Source: an uncultured Isosphaeraceae bacterium
GTDB lineage: Bacteria > Planctomycetota > Phycisphaerae > Phycisphaerales > SM1A02
NCBI GenBank assembly: GCA_964614695.1
Contig: CAZTMB010000001.1
Span: 1,858 to 65,857, forward strand
Reading direction: 5' to 3'
Length of the DNA stretch: 64,000 nt
The notes under the pieces are model-generated. The model made no database searches and had not been told where the DNA came from. It saw only the letters and a list, made by a program, of their open reading frames with translations. Below are positions 34,457 to 44,251 of the stretch, one piece after another (within the stretch, counting starts at the first letter, position 1; every line of letters begins with the position of its first letter). The translations under genes were made by a program, and so were the position numbers.

Positions 34457-35554
34457 TCATCGCAGCGAGGCGAGGTAGTCGACCACCGCGTCGAGCTGCG
34501 CGTCGTCGAGCTTGAGGGAAGGCATGTTGCAGCCGGGCTTGAGCGTCTGCGGATCGTCGATCCACTGTCGCAGCGTGTCGCGATCGAGCGGCGCGACGCC
34601 CGCGCCGATCGTCGCCCGGCTCATGAGGTGGGTGAGGTTCGGACCGAAGGCGCCGTCGGAGACGCCCGCGATGTCGTGGCACGACTGGCACGCGAAGGCG
34701 AGGAAGACCTCCTTGCCGCGCCGCGTCGACTCGTCGTCGACCGGAGGCTGCTGCTGGTTGGCGACCCAGGCGTCGAATCCGAGCGGTCCGTCCAGTTCGC
34801 GAGCCTCGACCCGCAGCAGCATGTTCGCGTGCTGGGTGCCGCAGTACTCGGCGCACTGGCCGAGGAAGACCCCGGGCCTCTCCGCCTCGAACCACAGGTT
34901 GTTGGGATGGCCGGGAATGCAATCTATTTTGCCCGCGAGCTGCGGGACCCACCAGGAGTGGTTGACGTCGGCGGAGTGCAGCTCGAGCCAGATCGGCCGG
35001 CCTGCGGGGACGACGAGTTCGTTCGCGGTGACGATGCCGAAGTCCGGATAGCGGTACTCCCACCACCACTGGTGCCCGATGACCACGACCTTGAGGGCGT
35101 TCTCCGGCGGCGAGCTTCGTTCGATCTCGCGGATGAGCCGCACCGACGTGAGCGTCAGCACGAACACGATGACGATCGGAATGACCGTCCACGCGAGTTC
35201 GACCGGATTGCTGCCGTAGACCTGACGAGGCTCCGCGTCGCCTTCGGAGGCAGCGGCGGACTTCGCGGCGCGGTACTTGAGGATCGCGTGGACGAGCGCG
35301 CCCTGCACCACCACGAAGATCGCCGCGCAGATCGCCAGCAGCAGCCAACTGAGCGTCTCGATGTCCGCCGCGGGCGGGCTCGCGGGATCGAACATCGTCG
35401 GGATCGTCGGCATCGGCAGGCCGGTGCTCGGATCGCAGATCTCCGAGATCGCGTCGGGCGCGAGCGCCGGCGGCGCCGAGCCGAGGGTTCGTGTGGCGAG
35501 CAGGAGCACCGGAGCCGCGATTGCAACCTGGAGAGAGCGGCCGAAGTGCCTCAT
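34457..35554 (-). CDS. ctaC: cytochrome c oxidase subunit II with fused cytochrome c domain (caa3-type)
   Basis: CuA site 'HSWWVPQLAGK...CAEYCGTQHANM' and C-terminal 'CQSCH'. Internal ATG (MRHFGRSLQ) of track ORF 34457..36949. Confidence 0.92.
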   Translation of the reverse strand: MRHFGRSLQVAIAAPVLLLATRTLGSAPPALAPDAISEICDPSTGLPMPTIPTMFDPASPPAADIETLSWLLLAICAAIFVVVQGALVHAILKYRAAKSAAASEGDAEPRQVYGSNPVELAWTVIPIVIVFVLTLTSVRLIREIERSSPPENALKVVVIGHQWWWEYRYPDFGIVTANELVVPAGRPIWLELHSADVNHSWWVPQLAGKIDCIPGHPNNLWFEAERPGVFLGQCAEYCGTQHANMLLRVEARELDGPLGFDAWVANQQQPPVDDESTRRGKEVFLAFACQSCHDIAGVSDGAFGPNLTHLMSRATIGAGVAPLDRDTLRQWIDDPQTLKPGCNMPSLKLDDAQLDAVVDYLASLR

Positions 35555-35755
35555 GCGTGTCGCCTCGCCGGGGCCAAGGAGGTCGAGATCGTCGGACGAC
35601 TCGGGTCGTCTGCGTCGCACCGCGTTCCGGTGCGGACGGAGAAGGTACCGGTCCGGGCAGCCACCGCAACCATGTGATGACGTGTTCGATTGCGACAGAG
35701 AGCCGCTCGCCTCTGCTACCTTCCGCCGCTTCGGTCGTTCCCGGCGGAGTTTCGC

Positions 35756-37324
35756 ATGCCCAGCGCGATTCCGACGCCGCCTCCCGGCGTCGACACGGTC
35801 CTCATCCTCGACTTCGGAAGCCAGTTCGCGCAGCTCATTGCGCGAAGGATCCGTGAAGCGGGCGCCTACAGCCTGCTCGTGGCGCCGGATCGGCCGATCG
35901 AGGAGTTCGCGAAGCTCTCGCCGAAGGGGATCGTGCTCTCGGGAGGCCCGTCCTCGGTCACCGAGCGCGAAGCACCGCGTTGCGATCCGCGCATCCTCGA
36001 CCTCGGCGTGCCGGTCCTGGGGATCTGCTACGGCATGCAGCTCGGGTGCCAGATCCTCGGGGGACGCGTCGAAGCCGCCGAAGCGCGGGAGTTCGGTCGC
36101 ACGGCGCTGCGGATCCGCGAGGCGTCCGGCCTGCTCGCGGGATTGCCCGACCGCACCAGCGTGTGGATGAGCCACGGCGATCAGGTCTCGGAACTCGGCG
36201 AGGACTTCGAGGTGCTTGCCTCCTCGGAGACCTGTCCCAACGCCGTCGTGCGGCATCGGACGAAGCCCTTCTACGGAGTGCAGTTCCATCCGGAGGTCAC
36301 GCACACGCCGCACGGCGCGGACCTCTTGCGGAACTTCCTCTTCTCGATCTGTCGCTGCGACGGCTCGTGGCGGATGAGCGACTACCTCGGCATCGCCTGC
36401 GAGCGGATCCGCACCCAGGTGGGCGACGGTCGCGTGATCTGCGGGCTCTCCGGCGGAGTCGACAGTTCGGTGGTGGCGGCGCTGCTGCAGAAGGCGATCG
36501 GCCCGCAGCTCACCTGCATCTTCGTCGACAACGGCCTGCTGCGGACGAGCGAGCGTGAACTGGTCGAGAGCACCTTTCGTGGCCACTTCGACGCGGATCT
36601 GCGCGTCGTCAACGCGTCCGAGGCGTTCCTGGCCGATCTTGCGGGCGTCGTCGATCCTCAGGAGAAGCGACGCCGCATCGGCCATCGCTTCATCGACGTC
36701 TTCCACGAGGCTGCGGCGCAGGTCGGCGGCGCGAAGTTCCTTGCCCAGGGCACGCTCTACCCCGACGTCATCGAGAGCGGCCACGGCCATGCCGGCACCG
36801 CGGCGGGAATCAAGCTGCACCACAACGTCGGAGGGCTCCCGGAGAAGCTCGGGTTCGAGTTGGTCGAGCCGCTGCGCGAGCTCTTCAAGGACGAGGTCCG
36901 AGCGTTGGGTGAAGTGCTCGGCCTGCCGAGCCAGGTGGTCTGGCGGCATCCCTTCCCGGGGCCCGGCCTCGCGGTGCGAGTGCTGGGCGAGGTGACGAGA
37001 GAGCGCCTGGAGGTGCTGCGTCAGTGCGACGAGATCATGCTCGAGGAGATCGTCGCCAACAGCCTCTACCGCAGCACCGATCAGGCCTTCGCGGTCCTGC
37101 TGCCGGTGCGGTCGGTGGGCGTGATGGGCGACGGCCGCACCTACGACTCGGTGGTGGCGATCCGCGCGGTCGAGACGCAGGACTTCATGACCGCCGACTG
37201 GGCTCGCATTCCCTACGACGTGCTCGCCTCGATCAGCAACCGCATCATCAACGAGGTGCGCGGCGTCAACCGGGTCGTCTACGACATCTCGAGCAAGCCG
37301 CCCGCGACGATCGAGTGGGAGTGA
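35756..37324 (+). CDS. guaA: GMP synthase (glutamine-hydrolysing)
   Basis: GATase '[18 protein letters not shown]' and 'GICYGMQL', PP-loop '[10 protein letters not shown]', and C-terminal 'KPPATIEWE'. Confidence 0.97.
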   Translation: MPSAIPTPPPGVDTVLILDFGSQFAQLIARRIREAGAYSLLVAPDRPIEEFAKLSPKGIVLSGGPSSVTEREAPRCDPRILDLGVPVLGICYGMQLGCQILGGRVEAAEAREFGRTALRIREASGLLAGLPDRTSVWMSHGDQVSELGEDFEVLASSETCPNAVVRHRTKPFYGVQFHPEVTHTPHGADLLRNFLFSICRCDGSWRMSDYLGIACERIRTQVGDGRVICGLSGGVDSSVVAALLQKAIGPQLTCIFVDNGLLRTSERELVESTFRGHFDADLRVVNASEAFLADLAGVVDPQEKRRRIGHRFIDVFHEAAAQVGGAKFLAQGTLYPDVIESGHGHAGTAAGIKLHHNVGGLPEKLGFELVEPLRELFKDEVRALGEVLGLPSQVVWRHPFPGPGLAVRVLGEVTRERLEVLRQCDEIMLEEIVANSLYRSTDQAFAVLLPVRSVGVMGDGRTYDSVVAIRAVETQDFMTADWARIPYDVLASISNRIINEVRGVNRVVYDISSKPPATIEWE

Positions 37325-37399
37325 CCGGTTCGCGGAGCGAGATCGCCGCGCGACGCGGGACGATGAGATCGCGGCGTCGGCGACGATCGAAGCGTCGAC

Positions 37400-38584
37400 T
37401 CAATCCCGCCGGAAGGAGTTCCGCGAGATCATGAGCTCGAGCGTCGCGCAGACCAGTTCGACCTCGCGCTCGGAGAGACCTTCGTAGAAAGGGAGGCAGA
37501 TCGCGCGGTCCGCGGCGCGCTCCGCCACGGGATGACTGCCCGACGCATGCCCCACGCGATGACCGTGGCGAGGCAGCGTCGGGACCGCGAGAGGACCCTC
37601 GCTGGCGCCGATCTCGTGCCGGCGCATGCCGGCGAGGATCTCGTCGCGATCGAACCGGCTGAAGCGGTCGGAGAGGCGGATGCAGAATCGCGGCCAGCAG
37701 CCGCCGCCGTCTCCCCGAGGTGCCGGCAGGATCAGTTCGGTCTGGCTCGCGAGATGCCGCACGTAGAAGTCCGCGAGTCGGCGTCGCGCCTCGATCGCCG
37801 CATCGATGCGACGGAGCCGGTTGCTCGCGATCGCGGCGCGGAGGTCGTCGAGCGGGCTGTCGACACCGACGCGTTCGAGCGATGCCGCCGAGTCGGCGCT
37901 GCCGCCATCGCGATAGCGGCGGCACTGCGAGGCGAGGCGATCGTCGTGCGTCACGAGCACCGTCGCGCCCGAGGCCGGCACGGCGCGTTCGTCGGTCATC
38001 GCGAAGATCGCGATGCGGCCGAAGCGTCCGACCGGCTCGCCGCCGACGGTCGCGCCGATCGCATCGCTCGCGTCCTCGACGAGCGGGATCTCGTGCTTGG
38101 TGCAGAGTCGCGCGAGGGCCTCGAGTCCGCCCGCATCGCCGAGCAGGGTGAATGCGAGCACCGCGCGGGTCCGCTCCGTGACGAGCCGATCGGCGATCTC
38201 GGCGGTGAGGCCGAGGCTGCGCGGATCGACGTCGGCGAAGACCGGCGTCGCATGGGCCCGCACCACCGCGTCGGCCGCCTCGACCGCCCCGAGCGCGGGC
38301 ACGATCACCTCGTCGCCGGGGCCGATGCCGAGGGCCCGCAGGGCGATCTCGAGCCCGCCTCCGGGAGAGCCTGCGGCGACGCCGTAGGGCCGCCGCGCGA
38401 GCTCCGCGACCTGATGCTCGAGCGAACGCACGCTCGAGCCGGCAGCGCTCGGCCGCAGCGCGGCGCGAAGGCACTCGAGGTCGTGCTCGTCGACGAACGG
38501 GAGATGCAGCGGGATCGGGTGGGCCACGTGTGGTCCGAATCGCCAGCGATGGCGACGTTCAGGGTTCGGCGAAGACGCCCGCAA
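37400..38584 (-). CDS. DegT/DnrJ/EryC1/StrS-family aminotransferase-like protein (active-site Lys apparently replaced)
   Basis: 'IPLHLPFVDEHD', 'GDEVIVPA' and 'EDASDAIGATVGGEPVGRFGRIAIFAMTDERAV' align by eye to the DegT core. An alternative GTG start at 38527 would avoid overlap with the upstream gene. Confidence 0.7.
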   Translation of the reverse strand: MRASSPNPERRHRWRFGPHVAHPIPLHLPFVDEHDLECLRAALRPSAAGSSVRSLEHQVAELARRPYGVAAGSPGGGLEIALRALGIGPGDEVIVPALGAVEAADAVVRAHATPVFADVDPRSLGLTAEIADRLVTERTRAVLAFTLLGDAGGLEALARLCTKHEIPLVEDASDAIGATVGGEPVGRFGRIAIFAMTDERAVPASGATVLVTHDDRLASQCRRYRDGGSADSAASLERVGVDSPLDDLRAAIASNRLRRIDAAIEARRRLADFYVRHLASQTELILPAPRGDGGGCWPRFCIRLSDRFSRFDRDEILAGMRRHEIGASEGPLAVPTLPRHGHRVGHASGSHPVAERAADRAICLPFYEGLSEREVELVCATLELMISRNSFRRD

Positions 38585-40175
38585 GCGCCTGATCGAGACG
38601 TCCGCTGCGGCGAAGGAAGAGCCACGCCGCCTGCACCTGCAATGCCGGATCGAGTCGCCCGCCGCCGCCCGCGGCGACGCCGAGCTGGTCGAGCTCCTCG
38701 CGGCTGAGCGACTCGTCGGTCCGGGCGATCGCGAGCAGCGCGAGCGAGTCGCACCGGCGGCCGGACTTGCCGAGCACGACCCGACCGAGTCGCGCGGCGG
38801 CAGCGCGATCCTCGGCAGCGAGGACTCCCACGAGCATCGCTTCGAGAATCGCCTCGTCGCTGCGGGCCGCCTCCTCGACGAGCGGCGCGAGCCGATCTGG
38901 ATCCAGCGAAGCGAGCCGGGTCGTCGCCTCGATCGCCACCGGCAGCATGGACGGATCGAGCTGGCGCGAGACGAGATCCCGGAGGATCGACTCGTAGAAG
39001 GGCGCCGCGACCTCGATCGGCTGGTCGAGCAGGGCGGTCATCGCCCAGGCGACCGAGAGGCGATGGCCGCCTTCGAGCACCGCGCGAAGCGCTTCGCCCT
39101 GGCCCTCGCCGGCCTCGATCGCTCGGGCCGCCGTGGCGAGCGACTCGAGCACGGCGCCCTGACCGTCGAGCATCGCGAGGGTCTCCGACTGCAGCCGGAT
39201 CTCCGAAGCGAGCAGCAGCAGGGCCGCCCGGAGTCGACCGCTGCCGGAGGTTTCCCGGGCGAAGACGTCTTCCCAGAGATCGACGCCCGCGACTTCGTCG
39301 ATCGCGAGAAGCGCCGCGAGGCTCGCGAGGCTCGCCGAGCGGTCGCTCCGCTCATCGACCGCGAGTTCCGCCAGGATCGCCTTCGCCTCGGGGCTCTTGA
39401 GCCGCTCGGCCTCCTGCGCGAAGGTGAGGATCGCGCGGTTGCGAGCCTCCGGGCCGAGACGGTCGAGGCGCTCAAGGACCCGGTCGAGATGCCATGCCTC
39501 GTCGAGGCGATCGGCGAGCAGCAACGCCGCCACCACCGAGATGTCCGGGTTCTCGTGATCGACCAGTTGCCGAAGCTCCTCGATCGGCGCGTCGCCGCCG
39601 CGACGGACGCGGGTGGAGAGGATCGCGAGGCGATCCTCCGGCGCGAGTCCCTTCCACTGCAGCATGGCGGTGGTCTCGTCGACGCCGACCCGATCGAGCG
39701 CGATCGCGGCCCGGATGCCCGCGGCGCGCTCGCGGGGATCCTCGATCTGCTCGAGCAGGAAGGTCTCGACCGAACCGTCGGAGAGTTCCGCGAGGCCGAG
39801 GATCCCGTCGAGTTGCAGCGTCCAGTGCGAGGCCTGGACCAGGGATTGGAAGAGCGGACGGAGCGACGGGTCGCGGAGCTGGCGAAGCGAGGTGAGCAGC
39901 ACGTGATGCCCGCCGTCGGGACGGTAGTTCACCGCGTCGCGGATCTGGCGGGTCGCGCCCTCGATCGGATCGACCGGTCCGTACGGCGAGGGCGGCTTCG
40001 ACTGCCACGGCGTCGTCTCGGCGAAGCCGTCATGCGTCCCGGCGAGGATCGCCGCGGCGAAGAGCGCCGCGGAGATCGTCCCGCGGAAGGTCGGGGCAAC
40101 ACGTCGGCGGCGGGAGCGCCGCGACGGGCCGGTGCAGGCCGATGGCAGGGGCACGAGCATCTCCTTCGTCGTCAC
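38559..40175 (-). CDS. secreted Leu/Ala-rich helical-repeat (HEAT-like) protein, hypothetical
   Basis: Signal-like 'ISAALFAAAILAGTHDGFA', then repeated ~30-40-aa helical segments rich in L/A/R/E/D. No catalytic motif seen. Confidence 0.6.
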   Translation of the reverse strand: MTTKEMLVPLPSACTGPSRRSRRRRVAPTFRGTISAALFAAAILAGTHDGFAETTPWQSKPPSPYGPVDPIEGATRQIRDAVNYRPDGGHHVLLTSLRQLRDPSLRPLFQSLVQASHWTLQLDGILGLAELSDGSVETFLLEQIEDPRERAAGIRAAIALDRVGVDETTAMLQWKGLAPEDRLAILSTRVRRGGDAPIEELRQLVDHENPDISVVAALLLADRLDEAWHLDRVLERLDRLGPEARNRAILTFAQEAERLKSPEAKAILAELAVDERSDRSASLASLAALLAIDEVAGVDLWEDVFARETSGSGRLRAALLLLASEIRLQSETLAMLDGQGAVLESLATAARAIEAGEGQGEALRAVLEGGHRLSVAWAMTALLDQPIEVAAPFYESILRDLVSRQLDPSMLPVAIEATTRLASLDPDRLAPLVEEAARSDEAILEAMLVGVLAAEDRAAAARLGRVVLGKSGRRCDSLALLAIARTDESLSREELDQLGVAAGGGGRLDPALQVQAAWLFLRRSGRLDQALAGVFAEP

Positions 40176-40243
40176 GAGGCGAGTGTAGCGGCGGTCGCGG
40201 CGCCGCCGACGCGGTCGCGGCGACCGTCATCGACCCCGAAGCA

Positions 40244-41737
40244 TCACGGGTTCCGAAGCAGGGCGTGGCTCAAGCGGTCGACCGACTCGCGAAGCCGTTC
40301 CGCATCGCTTCCGGGAGCCTCCATCGCCTCGCGGGTCCTCGCCTCGGCCGCATGGATCGCCGAGTGATTGCGGCGTCCGAGGCCGCGGGCGATCTCCGGG
40401 AAGCTCAGCGTGGTCAGTCGGCGGGCGAGGTGCGCGACGATGCCTCGGGCTTCGCTGGCGCGGCGAAGCTTCGAGCCCCCGAGGATCTCCTCGCGGTCGA
40501 TCTCGAGATGCTCCGAGACCGCCTCGACGATCGAACCGAGTCGGATCGGCGTGCGCCGCGCGACGCGGCGGTCCTCCTCGAGCAGTTGCTCGACGAGCAG
40601 CATGCCGACCTCGCCGCGGAACTCGCCCGAACCTTCGCCGAGCGAGGCAAGCGCCGCGAGCTTCGCGATCGCGCCTTCGAGTTCGCGGGCCGAGCCCACG
40701 AAGCGGCCGACGAGGCACTCCTCCGCGGCTTCGCCGAGACGCAGTCCCCGCTGCATCGCCAGCCGACGCAGCAGCGTGCGGCGGGTTTCGCGATCGGGCG
40801 ACTCGACGCGGACGACCATGCCCGCGAGGAAACGGCTCACCAGCGAGCGATGGAACCGGCCGATCTGACGCGGGTGCTCGTCGGAGGCGAGCACGACCCG
40901 GGACCCGCCGAGGGCGATCGAGTCGAGGGTGTGCAGGAACTCGCTCTGCGTCGCGGTCTTGTTCGAGAGGAAGTGGACGTCGTCGATCGCAAGGAGCTCG
41001 AGACCACGGAAGCGTCGACGGAAGGACTCGAGCGATCCGCTGCGGACCGAGGCGATGAACTCGTTCGTGAACGCCTCGCCGGTCGTGTAGCGGATCTTCG
41101 CGGATCGAATCCGCTCGCGGCGTCGGCGGCAGATCGCCTGCAGCAGATGGGTCTTGCCGACCCCGCACTCCCCATGCAGGAAGAGCATCCGGTCGGCCGC
41201 ATCGTCGGCGTCGGCGATGCGGCGGGCCGCGTCGAAGGCGAGTCGATTGCCGTCTCCCACCACGAAGTCCTCGAGCCGCCGCCACGTGTCGGAGGGATGA
41301 GGACGGGGGCCCGGGCGAACGGACGACCCCGGCGCGAGGAGGGCCGGAACCGGATCGATCGCGAGCGATTCGGACGCGGAGGACGCTCGCGAAGTCGTCT
41401 CGCCTCGCGGGGTGGGGTCGGCCTCGCCACGGGATGGACCGCGTCCGCGACCGGGGGCGTCCTCCGTCGGGTGGGACGGTGCCGCGGGCGCTCGGACTTC
41501 GATCCGAGCCGCCTCGCCGAGCCCAAGGCTTTCTCGGGCCACGTCCCGCAACGCGTCGGCGAAGTTCCGGCCGATCCAGTCCGCGGCGTATCCCGACGTG
41601 GCCACCACTTCGAGGTCACCGTTGCGCACCGCGTAGCGGGTGCCTTGACCGAACCACATCTCGACCTTCCGGTTGCCAAGTCGTCGAGCGAGCCCGTGAG
41701 AGATTCGCGAGGGGTCGATCGAGGCGGTGTGGCTCAT
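40244..41737 (-). CDS. dnaA: chromosomal replication initiator protein DnaA
   Basis: Walker A 'GECGVGKTHLLQAI', 'LLAIDDVHFLSNKTATQSEFLHTL', 'RELEGAI', and C-terminal DNA-binding region 'ARGIVAHLARRLTTLSFPEIARGLGRRNHSAIHAAE'. Internal ATG of track ORF 40244..42811. Confidence 0.93.
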   Translation of the reverse strand: MSHTASIDPSRISHGLARRLGNRKVEMWFGQGTRYAVRNGDLEVVATSGYAADWIGRNFADALRDVARESLGLGEAARIEVRAPAAPSHPTEDAPGRGRGPSRGEADPTPRGETTSRASSASESLAIDPVPALLAPGSSVRPGPRPHPSDTWRRLEDFVVGDGNRLAFDAARRIADADDAADRMLFLHGECGVGKTHLLQAICRRRRERIRSAKIRYTTGEAFTNEFIASVRSGSLESFRRRFRGLELLAIDDVHFLSNKTATQSEFLHTLDSIALGGSRVVLASDEHPRQIGRFHRSLVSRFLAGMVVRVESPDRETRRTLLRRLAMQRGLRLGEAAEECLVGRFVGSARELEGAIAKLAALASLGEGSGEFRGEVGMLLVEQLLEEDRRVARRTPIRLGSIVEAVSEHLEIDREEILGGSKLRRASEARGIVAHLARRLTTLSFPEIARGLGRRNHSAIHAAEARTREAMEAPGSDAERLRESVDRLSHALLRNP

Positions 41738-42133
41738 GGGCGACCGTGAGGGGAGAGGCGGGCGGATCGGGTGAACCGGCGAGCCCTCGCGGAGGCGTGG
41801 TCTGCCGACCACGCGCCGCGAGTCGATGGCTCGCCGGGCATCTCGAGTCGTTCGCCGACGCGGGTGGATCCAACGGTCGCGGTCGAGACGCTTCGCCTCG
41901 CCGACACGCCCGATCGATCCGACACGCGGCGGAACCACCGAGCCGCCGCCCCCAACGACAGAAGCGTCGATGCGGAGGAGGAAGGCTCGGGGTGCCCGTC
42001 CCTGGGTCGGCGGGAAATCTACGCGGCGAGATTCCGTGCTCAAGCCGAGAATTCGTCGCGTCGAGGTCTCGCGATGCGCAAACCCCGGTGGCGCTCGGGC
42101 GGAAGCGAATTCTCCACGGGATCGGCGCCCGGC

Positions 42134-42153
42134 TGTCCGCACGTTGTGGACAA
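42134..42153. promoter_or_regulatory. inverted pair of DnaA-box-like sites upstream of dnaA
   Basis: TGTCCGCA (42134-42141) and TGTGGACA (42145-42152) form an imperfect palindrome. TGTGGACAA is one mismatch from the reverse complement of TTATCCACA. TTCTCCACG at 42110-42118 is two mismatches from it. Confidence 0.4.
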
Positions 42154-42203
42154 CCTCGCGCTCTTGCGGGGGTCGGCGATTCCTCGTAGCGCCGCGGCGC
42201 GAC

Positions 42204-43229
42204 TCACGCGAGCGATCGAACCAGTGCCACCCGCAGACCTCCGGGCACGAATCCATGACGCCGGTAGAGACGCAGCGCCGGCGTGTTGCGGTCGTCGACC
42301 GCCAACGCCACCCGCGGCGGTTCCGCCGGGCCAAGCCGCGAGAGCGCGTGACGGAGGAGCACGGCGCCAAGTCCGCGGCCTCGGGCTTCAGGCACCAGTC
42401 CGAAGTAGACGAGTTCGGTGCAGCCGGCCTCGGGATTGGGATTGAGCAGCGCCAGCCCCGCCGGCACCCCGCCGAGATCGAGGCTGAACCACAGGTCGGG
42501 ATCGAAGCAGCCGGATCCCCGATGGCCCTCGAGCACATCCTCGGTGCGACGGAGGCCCGCGAGCCCGGGGCAATCGAGCGTCCGTTCGTAGGTCCGGGCG
42601 AGCAACGAGGCCAGCGATGCCGGAGCCGCCTGCCCACAAGTCGCGATCGAAACGCGATCGGGGCTCGGAAGTTCATCGCGGACCAGACGCGTTCGTTCCG
42701 CCTCCATGAACCGCAGCCTCGCGAGGTGACGCAGGCCGGCGTCGCTCGCGGCGGCGATCTCGAGGCGACGCGAGGGATCGAACATCGCCTGGATGAGCGC
42801 CGCATCGCCACCCGCGACCGAATCGAGCACCCGCCGGATCGTGGTGGAGGCTCTCACGCGATCCTGCGGACCTTGCAGCGGAGACAGCACCAGTCCGAGC
42901 GTCCGTCCCGGGTTTCGCACCGCGACGGCCACGACGCTGAAGGCGCCCGACTCGCCGCGGCTCGCCTCGATGGCTTCAAGACGCAGCGAACCGCTCTCGA
43001 CTCGCTCGAGGACTCTTCTGGCCGTTCCGGAGTCGCCGCCCACGAGGCATCGAAACGCCTCCGGCCACTCCTCGGCCGCGACGGTTGCGCTGTGAATCGC
43101 GGGGTTCGAAACGGCCGGGTCGCCAAGTCGTCCCGCCTCGCCGCTCGGTTCGGCGGACGCGATCGCCGCCGCGGAGTCGTCTTGACGCTCCGGAGCAGGG
43201 GCATCGGCTGGCGGCGCGGGATCCGTCAT
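42204..43229 (-). CDS. GNAT-family N-acetyltransferase (two-domain)
   Basis: C-terminal acetyl-CoA site 'LVPEARGRGLGAVLLRHAL' and 'ALRLYRRHGF'. Confidence 0.75.
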   Translation of the reverse strand: MTDPAPPADAPAPERQDDSAAAIASAEPSGEAGRLGDPAVSNPAIHSATVAAEEWPEAFRCLVGGDSGTARRVLERVESGSLRLEAIEASRGESGAFSVVAVAVRNPGRTLGLVLSPLQGPQDRVRASTTIRRVLDSVAGGDAALIQAMFDPSRRLEIAAASDAGLRHLARLRFMEAERTRLVRDELPSPDRVSIATCGQAAPASLASLLARTYERTLDCPGLAGLRRTEDVLEGHRGSGCFDPDLWFSLDLGGVPAGLALLNPNPEAGCTELVYFGLVPEARGRGLGAVLLRHALSRLGPAEPPRVALAVDDRNTPALRLYRRHGFVPGGLRVALVRSLA

Positions 43230-43369
43230 GTCCGAAGCCTAAGCCTGCACGGGGGCAAGGCGGAAGCAACCGACAGGTCTCGGGTCTCGGATCGACGAGG
43301 ATCCTCCGGTACACTTCGCGACCTTCAGGCTCGGACGTTCCGGACGAGCCCGCCTTCGAGGACGTCCCC

Positions 43370-44068
43370 GTGAAGCACTCGTTCCCGACGCGATTGGACT
43401 CGTTCAAGCCCACCCTTGGAGCTCTCGCCCTTGCCCTGACGGTGGGCGGAGTCGGCCTCGGAACGCAGATCTCGATGGCCCAGAGCTCCAGCGACGCCGA
43501 AGTCGCACCGCCTCCGAGCCGTCGGGTTCCCGCCGGGGAGACCTGGCAGTTGGACTTCCGCCCCGGACCGCTTCGGGTGTACGTGGATCCCTTCTCGGGA
43601 GAGGCGTTCTGGTTCATGACCTACGAGGTCTCGAACCGTTCCGGGCGTGAGCGGATGTGGGCCCCGCGGATCGAACTCCAGTCCGATGCCGGGGAGATCC
43701 AGCCGTCCGGGCAGGGGGTGCCGAGGCTCGTCACCGAGGACCTGCAGCGAACGCTGAGCAGCGAGCGAAGCCGGCGACGCACCGACAAGGTGCTCGATCA
43801 GAACCAGGTGATCGGGCCGATCACGACCGGTCCGGAGCACTCGCGGGAGGGGCTCGTCGTGTGGCGGGTCGCCGATCCGACCATCACCGAACTGACGGTC
43901 TACGTCGGTGGCGTGACCAACCATCGCGAGACGGTCAGCCATCCCGAGACCGGCGAGCCGGTGGTGCTGCGGCGCAATCGGGCCCTCCGATTCACCACGC
44001 CCGGCGAGATCGTCCTCCTCGAGGGCACCCCGATCGAGCCGACTTCGCAGGAGTGGGTGCTTCGCTGA
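43370..44068 (+). CDS. secreted hypothetical protein
   Basis: GTG start (VKHSFPTRLDS), signal-like 'LGALALALTVGGVGLGTQISMAQS', beta-rich body and high third-position GC. Confidence 0.5.
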   Translation: MKHSFPTRLDSFKPTLGALALALTVGGVGLGTQISMAQSSSDAEVAPPPSRRVPAGETWQLDFRPGPLRVYVDPFSGEAFWFMTYEVSNRSGRERMWAPRIELQSDAGEIQPSGQGVPRLVTEDLQRTLSSERSRRRTDKVLDQNQVIGPITTGPEHSREGLVVWRVADPTITELTVYVGGVTNHRETVSHPETGEPVVLRRNRALRFTTPGEIVLLEGTPIEPTSQEWVLR

Positions 44069-44251
44069 TCACCAGGCGAGGTCGCGGTGTTCGACGTGAG
44101 GCCCTGGATCGGCGGCTCCCCGAAGGTGTCGATGAAGACCTTGTTCGGGGGCTGGAACCCGTCCGAATCCCCGCTATAGTGCGGGGCTCGCTCGCCGGCG
44201 TCGGCAGAGCGACTCGGCCCGTGGCCGGGTAGCCCCTGTGGAGATGTCGTC

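Noticed and set aside
40244-42811. Long N-terminal extensions offered by the ORF track for dnaA (855 aa), ctaC (34457..36949), ABC-F (3750..6770), the diheme cytochrome c (30578..31963), gene X (31315..32691) and the FixH-like gene (25453..27672)
   Set aside because: The extensions are Arg/Pro/Ser-rich and run through neighbouring genes or intergenic DNA. Internal starts restore canonical N-termini and often create ATGA/GTGA coupling with the upstream gene.
43103-43110. tRNA-like T-loop sequence GGTTCGAA
   Set aside because: It lies inside the GNAT coding frame. No acceptor or anticodon stems can be drawn around it. I found no convincing tRNA, rRNA, tmRNA or RNase P candidate in any intergenic region.
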